Shown one piece after another: positions 11,483 through 24,664 of a stretch of DNA of 64,000 bases. Below the pieces are notes generated by a model, which did no database searches, had not been told where the DNA came from, and saw nothing but the letters and a program-made list of their open reading frames with translations. Each line of letters opens with the position of its first letter. The first letter of the stretch is position 1. The DNA comes from Cetorhinus maximus (lineage: Eukaryota): contig NC_135893.1 in the NCBI RefSeq assembly GCF_964194155.1, positions 61,194,001 to 61,258,000 of the forward strand, read 5' to 3'. The translations under genes were made by a program, and so were the position numbers.

Positions 11483-13018
11483 ATATTTAAAGAGGATTGC
11501 ATTTGGAGTTGGAGAGCTGATTGATTGTATAAACTGTTGACATTTTTGTCAAGTTTCCTCCCCGCCCCGTCAATGGAGTTCTCTCTTTGATGGAGCTTGA
11601 GTTCATAAAATAATGACTTGTTGGAAGTGTTGGGGACAGATATTGGACAATAAGTGTACTAAATGTAATCAGCATCTGGGCAGGCATCAGTGGCGTTTTG
11701 TTGTCGTGTTCTGCCTGCATGTCACGGCCGGTCTCTGCTCTGAAAGTGTGTTGTCCTCTTTGATCACCAGAAAGCTTGAGTTGGCACTTAAAGAAGGACA
11801 GCTGCATTTCTTTGTCTAAGGTGTGCTGCTGCTCTCCAAAGCTAAGGTAGTGACCAGATATTCTGTTATGATATATTGTTTGAGAGATAAATATTGGCCA
11901 GGATACTGAGCAGAGGCTCCTCAAAATAGTACCATGAGATCTTTTACATCGTCTGGAGAACAAATGGGGCCTCTGTTTAATGTCTCATCGGAAAGGGAAT
12001 TGGATACATACTTTTAGGGGAAAAATTTGGAGAGCTATAGGAGAGTATGGGACTAACTGATTGTTCTTTCAAAGAGTTAGCCCAGGCACAATGGGCCCGA
12101 TGGCAGCCTTCTCTTCTGTATTACACATGACAAATGGATTTCTGTGTTTTAAGTTGCTTCTTTGTAATAAATCTGCCAACTGTTCTGTTATGCTGTGTGG
12201 GGAAATTCAAGTTGTGTAATTGTTTTCCTCCCCCTTTCAGTGTGGACTGTTTGGTGATTTCCTGCTTAACTGATTGCTTTGCTGTGAACAAAGCTTAGTT
12301 TAAAAAAATAGAAAGTGATTGTACATTGGACTATTTAGCCCATTGTACTGGGTATTGACCAGAAACCTATGGACTCAACTATTGAATATTTCACATGGCT
12401 TTGCTTTTACTGGAGATTGGTGGTATTACTGGAGACAGGAAGTATTTAATGCAGAATTACCCTATGGAAACCATTTAAAGCCATTGTCTTGATCTGGAGA
12501 AGTGATTGTAAGTAAACTGCTGCATTGATTTCTCTCTTACCAATTTTTCTCTCCAAGTGTGAGATCCTGCCCTCCTTGTCTTATCAACTTGTCACTCTTT
12601 AAAATGTTAGTGCAGAACAAGAAAGAAAAAAGAAAACATTGCATTTAAGTGTCTCTTTCACCACCTCCAGATGTTCCAAAGCCCTTTCCAGTCAATTACT
12701 TACTTTTAAACTGTAGTCGTTTTTGTAGGAAACATGACAGCCAATTTGGACAGAGCAAGGTCCCACAAAACGACACTGACTTTACCAGACCAAGGGAGAG
12801 AAAAAATTGCAAGAGTATCATTCCCCAGCACTTCCCCAGCTTAGACTTAATGAGTACAAAAGGTTCACTTGCCCTCCTCTCATCCCAGAAAAAAATATAA
12901 TGTACATGAAGTTTGCTATTTCAATTAATGGTGAGATTTGTCTTTTTTTGGAATGAGGTGAAAGAATATTGACTAACTGTGTTCTCCAGCGGGTGACTTC
13001 TATATGCTATGTTTCCAG

Positions 13019-13148
13019 ATTGCTGAGATTGTAGAATCCAAGGATGAGTCCATTACCAAGTCAGCTCTGTACAAAGCTTTGGTGTTGATTGCTCTTGCTC
13101 AGCAAGGGAAGCAGCCTTCAGCCAAACTGCTGGAGAACGTCAGACAAG
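13019..13148 (+). CDS. SNX8: SNX8 exon 3 (IAEIVESKDESITKSALYKALVLIALAQQGKQPSAKLLENVRQ)
   Basis: Acceptor ttccag|, donor G|gtatgg. Phase 1 joins AA-TAT of exon 4 to read E-Y-P-K-P-Q-L. Confidence 0.85.
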
Positions 13149-14429
13149 GTATGGTGAATTTCTCTAGTAGTTCCTCGAGAAGGATCAATGAATGAAAAGT
13201 TGTGCACTAGATATTTCCAAATTTTAAAAAATTCATTATCGAGATATGGGGTCTCTGGCAAGGCTGGTATCGCCTGGGTGCTGGTGAACCACCACCTTGA
13301 ATTGCTGCAGTCCATGTGGTGAAAGTGTTCCTGTAGTGCTGTTGGGTAGAATCCTAGAATAACTAAGGAAGAGGATGGAAGTGTAGGTGCCAATTCTGGT
13401 TTGTACTTTGCCACAAATGTGAATGTCATGCTTTTTTATTTTTATTTTGGAGTTGCCTCATACTTGTTTTACCTTTTGGTGGCCTCCAATCCTACTTTCT
13501 GCATCTTGTACGTTCTGCAGAGGAAGGGCCAGTGGCTCTTCTGCAAGTAACCTCCAATGGTGTTCTTCACCAGCCACTAAGAGGTGAGAAAGAGGATGTC
13601 CCAATGAAGACTTCTAACTCCATGTCTCCTGTTGCAGGGAATTTGTAATTCCAAGTTTGCCCCTTGCCCCTTTGGGCATTGATGCCTACTCTTGCACATT
13701 TCTGAAATGTTTTATCATTTTAATAGGAGAAATGTGCAGGGAAGTGGAACTAATTGGTTGGCTCTTTCAAAGAGCTAACATAGGCCTGATGTGCCAAATA
13801 GTCTCCTCCTGTGCTGCATGATCTCAGTCTATGCACCTCCCCCTACAGATAGTAAGAGCTGTGTACACTCCATGTAAAATCAGACATTGATCCGCCTGTG
13901 GTATGTGCATCTTACAGGAATGCTGTACTTTATGCAGAAGACAAGCGCATTGTTTATATAGCTGCTATTCCCTGTGTTAAATTAATATTCACTCCTTTGG
14001 ATCATGTTGGATCAGTGAGTGAAGACGCTTGCTATTTACAGCAAAAGTATGCTGATTTCAGTTGGGTCTAATGGTTTACTGGGATGTGGCTACATTTAGC
14101 CTCTGCACTCATAGACTAGGATAGAATCAGTTTGTCTATGACTCTCTGGTGACCCCTATTGAAGTGTGCCTGGTGTTGGATGAGGGCAGGATCAAGCTCT
14201 GCCGTGTATATACTGCCTGTAGTTGCGTTGCCCTGTAGACCTAGGGCAAAGTGCCAAAAGAGTTACTGGCATTTGTCAGCACCTTCAGTTGGAGTAAATG
14301 TGGGCGGAGAGATAAGTTTACAATACATGATAAATGCAGAGAAATATGCCATCAGATGAGAGTTAATGTTGTACTCTGAGACGCCCAGAGTTCAGACTAC
14401 TGTGACTGTAGAGAAGCTAAATAAAAAAT

Positions 14430-14815
14430 AAAGAATTAGCATTTTTCATAAACTCTGGATGTCCCAAAGCATATTCAATGAAGCGGTTTTTGAAGTGTTG
14501 TAATGTAGGAAATTTGTGCACGACAAGATTCCATAAACAGTAATGTGATAATGATTGAGGAATAAATATTGGCCAGGACACTGGGGAGAACTCCATTGCT
14601 GCTCTTCACATGATGCCATACGATCTTTTACGTTTACCTAAAAGGGTGATAGGGCCTCAGTTTAATGTCTCATTTAAGATGGCACCTCTGACAGGGCAGC
14701 ATCCCTCAGTACTGTATTGGGAGTGGTGGTCTGCACTTTGTGCCAGTCTCTAGAGTGGGTCTTGAATGCACAATCTCCCGACTCTGAGGTGTGACTGCTA
14801 TCCACTGAGTCACAG
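14430..14815 (-). mobile_element. Deu-domain SINE (SacSINE1-like); similar copies at about 11860, 17262, 22910, 26950, 33340, 42670, 44030, 51271 and 63530
   Basis: Shared core 'aaagatcccatggcactattt..gtgtcctggccaatatttatccctc', tRNA-like head and L2-type tail 'ctatataaatgcaag'. Confidence 0.75.
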
Positions 14816-15068
14816 CAGATGCATGTAGTAAGAGAAAACTCGGGCTGAAGGCAGGGAGAAGTTCGTAATTATTGCAAAGAAATAAAGTATCAGATGGGAG
14901 CAAATAGTCTTTTATCCATAGTATGCTAAGTATGTCAGGAGATTATAGGAACCTGTACTAAATTTCTGCGCCTATAGTGACTGCAGGGAGGATGAAAGTT
15001 TAGCTGTCAGATTGAGGGGCTGGTTGGGGTTCCCCGTGTTGTTCTTTAACAATCTCTTTCTTCCCAAG

Positions 15069-15247
15069 AATATCCAAAGCCTCAGCTACGTGAGCTGGAG
15101 TCGATCCAGATGCAGGCTCAGGGAAATCCCATCCTCCTCTCACAGACTCTGCAAGACTTATTGCATATCGACACGGTGCAAGTGGAACTCATTCCAGAGA
15201 AGAAGGGTTTGTTCCTAAAACATGTGGAATATGAACTTTCCAGCCAG
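15069..15247 (+). CDS. SNX8: SNX8 exon 4 (..GNPILLSQTLQDLLHIDTVQVELIPEKKGLFLKHVEYELSSQ), start of PX domain
   Basis: Near identity to vertebrate SNX8 DTVQVELIPEKKGLFLKHVEYE. Acceptor aag|, donor CAG|gtgagc. Confidence 0.95.
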
Positions 15248-15973
15248 GTGAGCTTGGCCAAGGGTTTTATCCCTCATTAGCTGGCTGATGGTGTTCTGGA
15301 TTGTCCTAGCTGTCTCTTCTCAGTGATCTTTAAGCTTCAGCCTTGTACTCACAGACCTACATTGGCTCCTGGTCCACCAAAACCTCAATTTTAACATTTA
15401 CATCCTTGTATTCAAATCCCTCCATGTCTCGGCCCTCCCTATCTCTAACGTGTTTCAACCCTCCAAGATCTCTCTGCTCCTCTAACTCTGACCACTTATG
15501 CACCCCAATTTTTTTTGTTCCATCATTGATGGCTATACCTTTATATGTCTAGGCTCTCAGCTCTAAAATTCCATCTCTAAACCTTTCCATCAATGTCTCC
15601 TTAAAACCTACCTGTTTGACGAAGCATTTGTCTCCTCTGGCTTGGTGTCAACTTCTGTCAGATCACACAACTTTGATGCTTTGTGGGATGCTTTGCTACT
15701 TTAAAGGTGCTATATAAATGCAAGTTGTTTTATATGTCAATGCTTGGCATTACTGAACCCATGCCTCTCTATTTTAACCTTGGTGACTCTCTGCAGTGTG
15801 AACCTTGAATCTTCACATCCTGCTGTCACTGCTTAAGTCTCCTCTTTGCCTGTGGTTGGTTGTTAGTAAGCTGATTGTTTCACTGGGTATCCCAATGCAA
15901 ACCTTTTTTCTGGACATGGTTCTTTGGTATCTATATTATATTTCTTTCCTAAGGCAGGAAAGGCACTTGTATA

Positions 15974-17248
15974 AAACAAAAACGGAATTACCTGGAAGAA
16001 CTCAGCAGGTCTGGCAGCATCGGCGGAGAAGAAAAGAGTTGACGTTTTGAGTCCTCATGACCCTTCAGAACTGAGTAAAGTTAGGAGAGGGGTGAAATAT
16101 AAGCTGGTTTAAGGTGGGGAGAGAAGCTTGGGAGATGGGGGGTGGGGGGTGTTGGTAGTAGGGACAAGCAAGCAGTGATAGGAGCAGATAATCAAAAGAT
16201 GTCACAGACAAAGGATCAAAGAGGTGTTGAAGGTGGTGATATTATCTAAGAGAATGTGCTAATTAAGAATGGATGGCAGGACACTCAAGGTACAGCTCCA
16301 GTGGGGGTGGGGTGGAAAGACTGACAGGGCATTACAGGTATAGATTTAAAAATAATGGAAATAGGTGGGAAAAGAAAAATCTATATAAATTATTGGAAAA
16401 AACAAGAGGGAGGGGGAAGAAACGGAAAAGTGGGTGGGGATGGAGGAGAGAGTTCAAGATCGAAAGTTGTTGAATTCAATATTCAATCCGGAAGGCTGTA
16501 AAGTGCCTAGTCGGAAGATGAGGTGCTGTTCCTCCAGTTTGCGTTGGGCTTCACTGGAACAATGCAGCAAGCCAAGGACAGACATGTGGGCAAGAGAGCA
16601 GGGTGGAGTGTTAAAATGGCAAGCGACAGGGAGGTTTGTGTCTTTCTTGCGGACAGACCGCAGGTGTTCTGCAAAGCGGTCGCCCAGTTTACGTTTGGTC
16701 TCTCCAATGTAGAGGAGACTGCATTGGGAGCAACGAATGCAGTAGACTAAGTTAGGGGAAATGCAAGTGAAATGCTGCTTCACTTGAAAGGAGTGTTTGG
16801 GCCCTTGGACGGTGAGGAGAGAGGAAGTGAAAGGGCAGGTGTTGCATCTTCTGTGTGGGCATGGGGAGGTGCCATAGGTGGGGGTTGAGGAGTAGGGGGT
16901 GATGGAGGAGTGGACCAGGGTGTCCCGGAGGGAACGATCCCTACGGAATGCCGCCGGGGGGGTGAAGGGAAGATGTGTTTGGTGGTGGCATCATGCTGGA
17001 GTTGGCGGAATTGGCGGGGGATGATCCTTTGAATGCGGAGGCTGGTGGGGTGATAAGTGAGGACAAGGGGGACCCTATCATGTTTCTGGGAGGGAGGAGA
17101 AGGCGTGAGGGCGGATGCGCGGGAGATGGGCCGGACACGGTTGAGGGCCCTGTCAACGACCGTGGGTGGAAAACCTTGGTTAAGGAAGGAGGAGGACATG
17201 TTAGAGGAACTGTTTTTGAAGGTAGCATCATCAGAACAGATGCGACGG
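15974..17248 (-). mobile_element. 5'-truncated young Neptune-type PLE copy
   Basis: GIY-YIG (NLVYCIRCSQCSLLYIGET), 3' pseudo-LTR, 13-bp TSD AGGCACTTGTATA (15961-15973 / 17249-17261). Confidence 0.92.
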
Positions 17249-17977
17249 AGGCACTTGTATAGTGCCTTTTGCAGCCTGCCTGCCCCAAATCACTTTACAT
17301 CTGATGAAGTACTTTTGAAACCTAGTCATTGTTGTAATGTATGAAATGCAGCAGCCAACTTGCACATAGTATGGTCCCACAAACAGAAATGAGATAAATA
17401 ACCTGATAATCTGTTTGTAAGTGATGTTCGATGAGGGATAAATATTGGCCAGGACACAGGTGGAGGGAAGACTCTGTTTTCTCTTAAAATAGTGCCATGG
17501 GAGTTTTTACATCAACCCAAGAGAGCAGACAGGGGCCTCAGTTTAATGTCTCGGCTGAAAGCCTGCACCCGCAATAGTGCAACACTCTCCTAGTACTGGA
17601 CTGGATTTTGTGCTAAAGTTTCTGGAGGGGTACTTAAACGCACAACCTTCTAACTTAGCGGGTCGCAGTTGGTTAAATGCAGTTTGAGGACGGTTACCCT
17701 GATCTAATAGAATGGTGGAACAGGCTCGAGTGGCTCAGTGGGCAGCTTGTGCTGGCAAATGGACATCAGATGGGAAGAGAAACTGACTTCGCCGTAACTG
17801 CATGCCATACCTCACAGTCAATAACTGCCTGATACTCACTGGTGGAAGTGTGGTGCAATTGTACCCCTGTGTGTAGATCATCACCATCTTAGGAGAGAGG
17901 GTTTGTGGCGAAGAAGAAAAGGAATATAAGCTGTGTAACTAAGAAATTCCCAATCTCTTGCTGCATTTTTCTTTCAG

Positions 17978-18095
17978 CGATTCAAGTCATCGGTTTACCG
18001 AAGATATAATGATTTTGTGGTGTTTCACGAGGTGCTGCTCCAGCGGTTCCCATATCGGATGGTGCCGGCATTGCCACCAAAGAGAATGCTAAGAG
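17978..18095 (+). CDS. SNX8: SNX8 exon 5 (RFKSSVYRRYNDFVVFHEVLLQRFPYRMVPALPPKRMLR)
   Basis: PX RRY motif and PxLPPK. Acceptor ttcag|, donor G|gtaaaa. Confidence 0.97.
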
Positions 18096-18520
18096 GTAAA
18101 AATTTGGTGTGGCAAAATTATGATGTAATTGTGAAACTAGAAGTCTTCCCAAGTGCTCGGCTTCTTTGTTTGCCCTTTTTTGAGGGAGATTTGGTAATGT
18201 TCAGCTTGTAGATCGGATTAGCACCATACAAACAAACAATTAATGAATATCAACAGGGAATGAGAATGTACTGTTTTTGTTGACCTGCATGTGTGGGAAT
18301 CATCCATCCAATAACAGCACACGTACATTGCACCAGGTCTTCGAGGAAAGCCAAATGTGGCCTGAGTGTGCAATGCAGGGAGGGAGGAGAATGTGGCTAT
18401 GTAGTGAACTTCAGTGATGTGTTGTAAGTCTACAGCCTGACTGAATTGAATTACACCTTCCAGGCAAAGTACATAGTGATTATTGTTGTCCCACATGCTA
18501 GCACTGCCACTATATATCTT

Positions 18521-19718
18521 AAACAAAAACAGAATTACCTGGAAAAACTCAGCAGGTCTGGCACCATCGGCAGAGAAGAAAAGAGTTGACGTTTCGAGTC
18601 CTCATGACCCTTCAACAGAACTAAGTAAAGATAGGAGAGGGGTGAAATATAAGTTGGTTTAAGGTGGGGGGAGAGAAGTTGGGGGGGGGGGGGGGGGGTG
18701 GGTTGAAGGGACAAGCAAGCAGTGATAGGAGCAGATAATCAAAAGATGTCACAGATATAGGAACAAAGGTGTTGAAGGTGGTGATATTATCTAAGAGAAT
18801 GTGCTAATTAAGAATGGATGGCAGGACACTCAAGGTACAGCTCTAGTGGGGGTGGGGTGGAAAGACTGACAGGGCATTACAGGTATAGATTTAAAAATAA
18901 TGGAAATAGGTGGGAAAAGAAAAATCTATATAAATTATTGGAAAAAACAAAAGGGAGGGGGAAGAAACGGAAAGGGGGTGGGGATGGAGGAGGGAGTTCA
19001 AGATCGAAAGTTGTTGAATTCAATATTCAGTCCGGAAGGTTGTAAAGTGCCTAGTCGGAAGATGAGGTGCTGTTCCTCCAGTTTGCGTTGGGCTTCAGTG
19101 GAACAACGCAGCAAGCCAAGGACAGACATGTGGGCAAGAGAGCAGGGTGGAGTGTTAAAATGGCAAGCGACAGGGAGGTTTGGGTCTTTCTTGCGGACAG
19201 ACTGCAGGTGTTCTGCAAAGCGGACGCCCAGTTTACATTTGGTCTCTCCAATGTAGAGACCGCATTGGGAGCAACGAATGCAGTAGACTAAGTTAGGGGA
19301 AATGCAAGTGAAATGTTGCTTCACTTGAAAGGAGTGTTTGGGCCCTTGGACGGTGAGGAGAGAGGAAGTGAAAGGGCAGGTGTTGCATCTTCTGTGTGGG
19401 CATGGGGAGGTGCCATAGGTGGGGGTTGAGGAGTAGGGGGTGATGGAGGAGTGGACCAGGGTGTCCCGGAGGGAACGAACCCTACGGAATACTGCCAGGG
19501 GGGGTGAAGGGAAGATGTGTTTGGTGGTGGCATCATGCTGGAGTTGGCGGAAATGGCGGAGGATGATCCTTTGAATGCGGAGGCTGGTGGGGTGATAAGC
19601 GAGGACAAGGGGGACCCTATCATGTTTCTGGGAGGGAAGAGAAGGCATGAGGGCGGATGCGCGGGAGATGGGCCGGACACGGTTGAGGGCCCTGTCAACG
19701 ACCGTGGGTGGAAAACTT
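18521..19718 (-). mobile_element. 5'-truncated young Neptune-type PLE copy
   Basis: CPHRRCNTC zinc knuckle plus GIY-YIG. Probable 11-bp TSD ctatatatctt / ctaaatatctt (1 mismatch). Confidence 0.92.
18584..18622 (-). ncRNA. Minimal hammerhead ribozyme, CUGUUGA-core variant
   Basis: Reverse complement: AGTT-CTGTTGA-A-GGGTC-ATGAG-GACTC-GAAA-CG-TC-AACT. Confidence 0.65.
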
Positions 19719-21166
19719 CTAAATATCTTGCTAGTTATACGGAGTGATGTTACTAAATGCAGCCAACATAAGTAAAAAAGATCGGAACACCAGTGCTTGC
19801 TCTACCCACTAGACAATGCAACCTGGTTCACCTCCCTCAACATTACTGGGAATTATAATTCCTGAGAGAGGGAAATCCACGTAATCTGTTTCAGGAAAAA
19901 GAAACTTGCTCCCCAAGAGATTAAAGCAAACTTTAGAAGACCATGGTCACAGTGAAGCATCAGTAAACATCATTATACAATATTGCCAATCATCCCCAAC
20001 CCAATATAACCCACTTAGGAACATAAGACTGTACAAGACTGGGAGTGGCCATCTCACTGACTGCAGAGATCACATGTTTTCCACCTAACCTTTAGTATTC
20101 CTGTGTGAGGAAAGAAATACTCTTCACTCTTGTAATATTTATTGGGAGAGGAAAATCCAGATTTTTCTGCTCCCCTCCCCCTCTCTTCCCCTTCTCCCCA
20201 CACCCCCACCCCCTTATTGCCCCAGGGTTCTTATCCTGTTTTCATGCTTCTCCCCGGATGTTACATATTTTCAGCTGTGTGTGGTTTGGGTCTAGGAACT
20301 CACTAGTCATGAACCTTTGAGCATCCTGGTGTGGGGCAGGCTTGATGGACCAACTGGTCTTTTCCTGTTCATCAATCTTATATGTTCGTATGTAACATCC
20401 TCTTCCTTCCACTGACTCCCTATTTGGACAATTACACTTGGTTACAGCCATCTGCTATGGAAGAACAGAAGTAGGCCATTTGCCCCCTTGAGCCTGCTCT
20501 GCCAGTTAGTTATGATCATGGTTGATCTGATTGTGGCCTTAACTCCACTTTCTTTTCTGTCCTCCATAACCTTTGACTCTCTTGTTCATTGATAACCTGT
20601 AACTCAGCCCTGAATATATTTTTCAGATTCTTGAGAATATATGCTGGATTGTTTTTGCTGAACTGTTTGTTCACTTTTTTGTTTGGGGTCTGAATTTAGT
20701 GTAATATTTCACTAAATTTGCATCTTAAGCCTAGGAGTAAAAGCTGTGGCTGTTCAGTCATTGAGTATATTCAAGTCTGATAATGATAGATCTTTGGATA
20801 TTAAGGGAATCAAGGGATATGGGAACAAGGCATGGAAGTTGAGCTGAGAAATAAGATCAGCCATGATCTTATTGAATGGTGGAGGAGGCTCGAGGGGCTG
20901 TATGTCTTACACCTACTCCAATTTCTTATGTTCTTAATGTTGAGCAAGATTTATACTGACAACTTGTAGAAACTCATATTGGCACTGAGCAGTTGGTTCC
21001 TTGAAACTATGCTTGCTATTGAGCATTGTACCAATCTTTGCTACTTTGTAGATGAGGTTTTTTAAAAAAAAGTAATGCTTGGAATTTTGAATAATGTGGC
21101 TGCTTTATTTTGTGTTTACTGTGCCATGCAAGTGTGTTGAACTGTTTTGAATTTACCCCCATCCAG

Positions 21167-21288
21167 CTGACCGTGAGTTTATTGAGTCTCGGCGACGTGC
21201 TCTGAAACGTTTTGTTAACCTGGTGGCTCGTCACCCATTCTTTTCCGAAGATGAGCTTCTGCAGATTTTCTTGTGCTTCAGTGGTCCT
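21167..21288 (+). CDS. SNX8: SNX8 exon 6 (ADREFIESRRRALKRFVNLVARHPFFSEDELLQIFLCFSGP)
   Basis: End of PX domain. Acceptor ccag|, donor |gtgagt; phases consistent. Confidence 0.97.
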
Positions 21289-22283
21289 GTGAGTATAGTG
21301 TAGAGCAACACCCTTGAGTTGATTTGTTTGCCATTTCTCACATTCAATAAGGTTTCCTGGAAATGACTGGTTGGAGCGTAGAACGAGTAGTGAGCAATGG
21401 GCCCTATCTAGAGCAGTGAGAGAGTGTTGCACAGAACGGAATGGTGAAGGGTTGTAGAAACAATTTCTTCCCCGCCTTGCTGCTGAGTGCCTGGTCTCAG
21501 CTTAGCTGTGTTGAGAGGTGTTGAATGAAGCCAAGTCAAGGACCTCCCTTTCGGGGGTTGGGGTGATGAGAGTGGTCAGGGAATTCTCACCATGCCCCTG
21601 ATGCCCATTTCTTTATAACAGCCCACCTTTCTGCACTGAAGTGTGGGCAGGGTGGAAGACCTAAGAGGGGAGAAAATCTCCCAGAGCTACAACTGATGTG
21701 ATCTCAAAGAAAATATGGATTTTTTTTTTTGTAACATTTTGATACCTTGCTTTATGATTATAGTGAAAAGGTTGCTATGACTACAAAACAGAATTGCCTA
21801 AAATTAAACTGTTTATTAATCTAATGCTCATTTTACTCGGTTACTGGGGACAACATTAAGAGAAGCCTCTCAACCTGTTAATGGTTGAAGTATCATGTTT
21901 TAACGTGTATTATTGATGACTAGATATTTCCTACTGTCCTTTTTTAAAATAATAAAATGGCTTCCAATCTTCGTGTTTCACATATCCTTGAGAGAAAGAA
22001 ACCTGTCTAAATCTAAATTTGTGACTCCTGTTCCATACCAATGGGCCTGACTTTTAACCATCCTTCATAATGACCAAGTGAATCACTCTGTTGTATGAAA
22101 CTGCTACACGCCACGTTAATTGCACTGGTTGAAGAACAAAATCCACCATTAACTTGGAGGGGCAAAAAATGCCAGCCATACCAGAAACCTCCTGAGAATG
22201 AAATTTAAAAAAAAAAAATTGTTTGAAGATTGACCCTGCCCTTGAAATAGGATTTTACATATTTTCCCTTTCTTTTTGAAAAG

Positions 22284-22364
22284 GATGTCCAGAATAAGAT
22301 TCGGGAATCATTGCGAGGAGTGGGTGATGAGTTTATGACATGTGGAATCGCAGCAACAGCTAAG
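22284..22364 (+). CDS. SNX8: SNX8 exon 7 (DVQNKIRESLRGVGDEFMTCGIAATAK)
   Basis: Matches SNX8 DVQNK..VGDEF. Acceptor aag|, donor AAG|gtaacg; 81 nt. Confidence 0.95.
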
Positions 22365-23382
22365 GTAACGATTGGATCATTGCTGTTGTAGGGATAAATA
22401 TTTCCTTGGCTAACCCAGTGATGTTTTGTATACTAAAGTTGTTGGCATGAGGGTTTCAGTGAAGTAATCTTCATGCTACATCCACTTGCAAAGCAACCAA
22501 GAGTATAATTTCAGATCACGTTCTTCCAAACTTGGGTTGTCTGCAGAGAGCATCCTGGAGTTTAATATTAAGTACTGCTGGTTACAGATCATATCACTAG
22601 CCATGGGAACTATTTGAGGTTCTTCAGTCAAAGGTGTTACACAAAAAACTAAATGCGTGACATGAAAGGGTCTGTATTTTGGTTTTGAACTCTAGGGCTC
22701 CAGATCATGCATCAGAACAGGAGTTGATCATTCAGCCTCTTGAGCCTGAAGTTCAATTAGGTTGTGGCTGATCTGCAACTCAACTCCATTTACATGCCTT
22801 TGCTCCATATATCATAATATCAAGACCGAGCAGAAATCTCATCTCTGTATGAAGGCTTCAGTTGTCCCAGTATCCACAGCCTTTTGGGGAAAGCAATTTC
22901 CAAACTGGTATAAAATAAATAACTAAATCATCTATTTGTGTCATTGGTTGAGGGATAAACGTTGGGCAGGACACTGGGAGTGGAGAGCTCCCCTGCTCTT
23001 TAAATAGTGCCACGGGATCTTTTATGTCTATCCTTGAGGGCAAACAAAGCCCCGGTGTAATGTCCTAACCAAAAGACAGCATCCCTGACAATACAGCACT
23101 CCAGGTGCAGCCATGCTAGATTTCGGACTAGTGCAATGAGGTGACGCAGAGGTGGGAGTGTCAGCCTCAATTATGTGCTCAAGTCTCTGAATCTGGTGTT
23201 TATTAATCTAACGTATGAAGTTCAATTGATATTCTATAGTTGCATCCTTCAAGGAAGGAAGTGCCCAGCTTTCAATTGTTTTATTGAAGGAAAAGACAAG
23301 TACTGCTATGTTAATTCCATGAGTTCAATTGATTATGTAAGGATTTTTCTCTTCTCCACTCAAAACGCCTGAAAAAATGCAG

Positions 23383-23543
23383 GAACTACTTCCTCCTGAT
23401 ATCCAGACTCAGTTTGGTGCCAGCAGGGAGCTGATTCGAAACATCTACAACAGCTTCCATAAGCTGAGGGACCGGGCGGAGAGAATGGCAAACAGGTCTG
23501 CTGAGAATGCCACTGATCTCCTGCTGTTCGGAAAGGAATTGAG
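23383..23543 (+). CDS. SNX8: SNX8 exon 8 (ELLPPDIQTQFGASRELIRNIYNSFHKLRDRAER..FGKEL), GC donor
   Basis: BAR helix matching SNX8. Donor AG|gcaagt, phase 2, joins T-ACC-CTA-GGC. Confidence 0.93.
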
Positions 23544-24664
23544 GCAAGTGTTGAGACTTTCTGCGATGTGGGACCACTTATGTCACAATCTATTTGCCTG
23601 TTACTGTGACCTGTGTCAATGGATTTTTAGCAGTTTTTTAAAAAAAAACCTGCTCCTGTCATTCTTGCAGTCCTGTCATGTGCTTTTCTTTGCTTGTGAG
23701 CCCCTACAGCTCTAACTGGCTTTGGGGAGGAGAACAATGTTTCTTGTTCTTTTTTTTTTAATCCCCCTCCAGCTTTTCCCTAATCTCAGAAGCAGCTCTG
23801 TCTATATATCTCCTGCTTTACTCTCCCCCTTCGCTGCCCCCGCCCTCCCCTTCGCCGCTGGAAGCGAGCTATTGAAATGTTATTGAGGGTATATTTGCAT
23901 CATAAAAGCTTGTTCTTTGTGCTAATTTGGAAGCTATTGGCCCAGCTAAGTTTTAAAGGGGTGCATCACAAACCGTTAATGCCATTGCCAGTTACTTAAG
24001 GATGGAAACAGTCTCAGTCAAGCCCACAAAAGCTGTGTTCAGTGAAGCAGTGAGCAAGAGTTAATTTGTCAGGAATTCAGAAGCCATAGCAGTGATTGTG
24101 TTACCATAATCGATGTGCTAAGGAAGAACAGACCATAGAGGTAGGGTGGAGGGGTGGGAAAAATAGGCCGAGATTGGTTGGCGGGGGAGGCAGGAAGAAT
24201 AGAAAGAATGTTTTTCACCAGGCAGTGAGATTGGAAACAGCTGTCGTTTGTTTTTGCAGGAGTGAATTTACGGAGAGCTCTCAGTTGCAGGGTCAGCGAC
24301 TGAACGAGACTCAAAATAGCAACCACCCCCAATACCCAGGAGAAGCTCAGGGGCCATCCTGAAGTGAGCAGAGAAGTGGTTCTGGCACAGCGAAGCAGGA
24401 AATGTTTGTGCTGATAGAACCCAAGGCTCCTGCAGACTGAGGAGGCTAATTAAAGCTGAGCAAAATGGGACTTCATTCACTGTTTTTCGTGTGGCAAACA
24501 AGATTAAATTGTCTTAAAGTTTAACCTGCATTTGCACTTGCTACTGTTAAAATAAGGAAGAACTTTCATGGCATAAGCTCATTTTACAACCATTGGATGC
24601 CCAAAGTGCTTAATAGCCAATGAAGTACTTTTAAAGTGTAGTCACTGTTAAGTTAGGTTTACAC

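Noticed and set aside
24060-24500. Purine-rich intronic stretch with an acceptor-like tttttgcag and short ORFs
   Set aside because: No recognisable homology, no convincing in-phase donor, and no snoRNA boxes that I could support.
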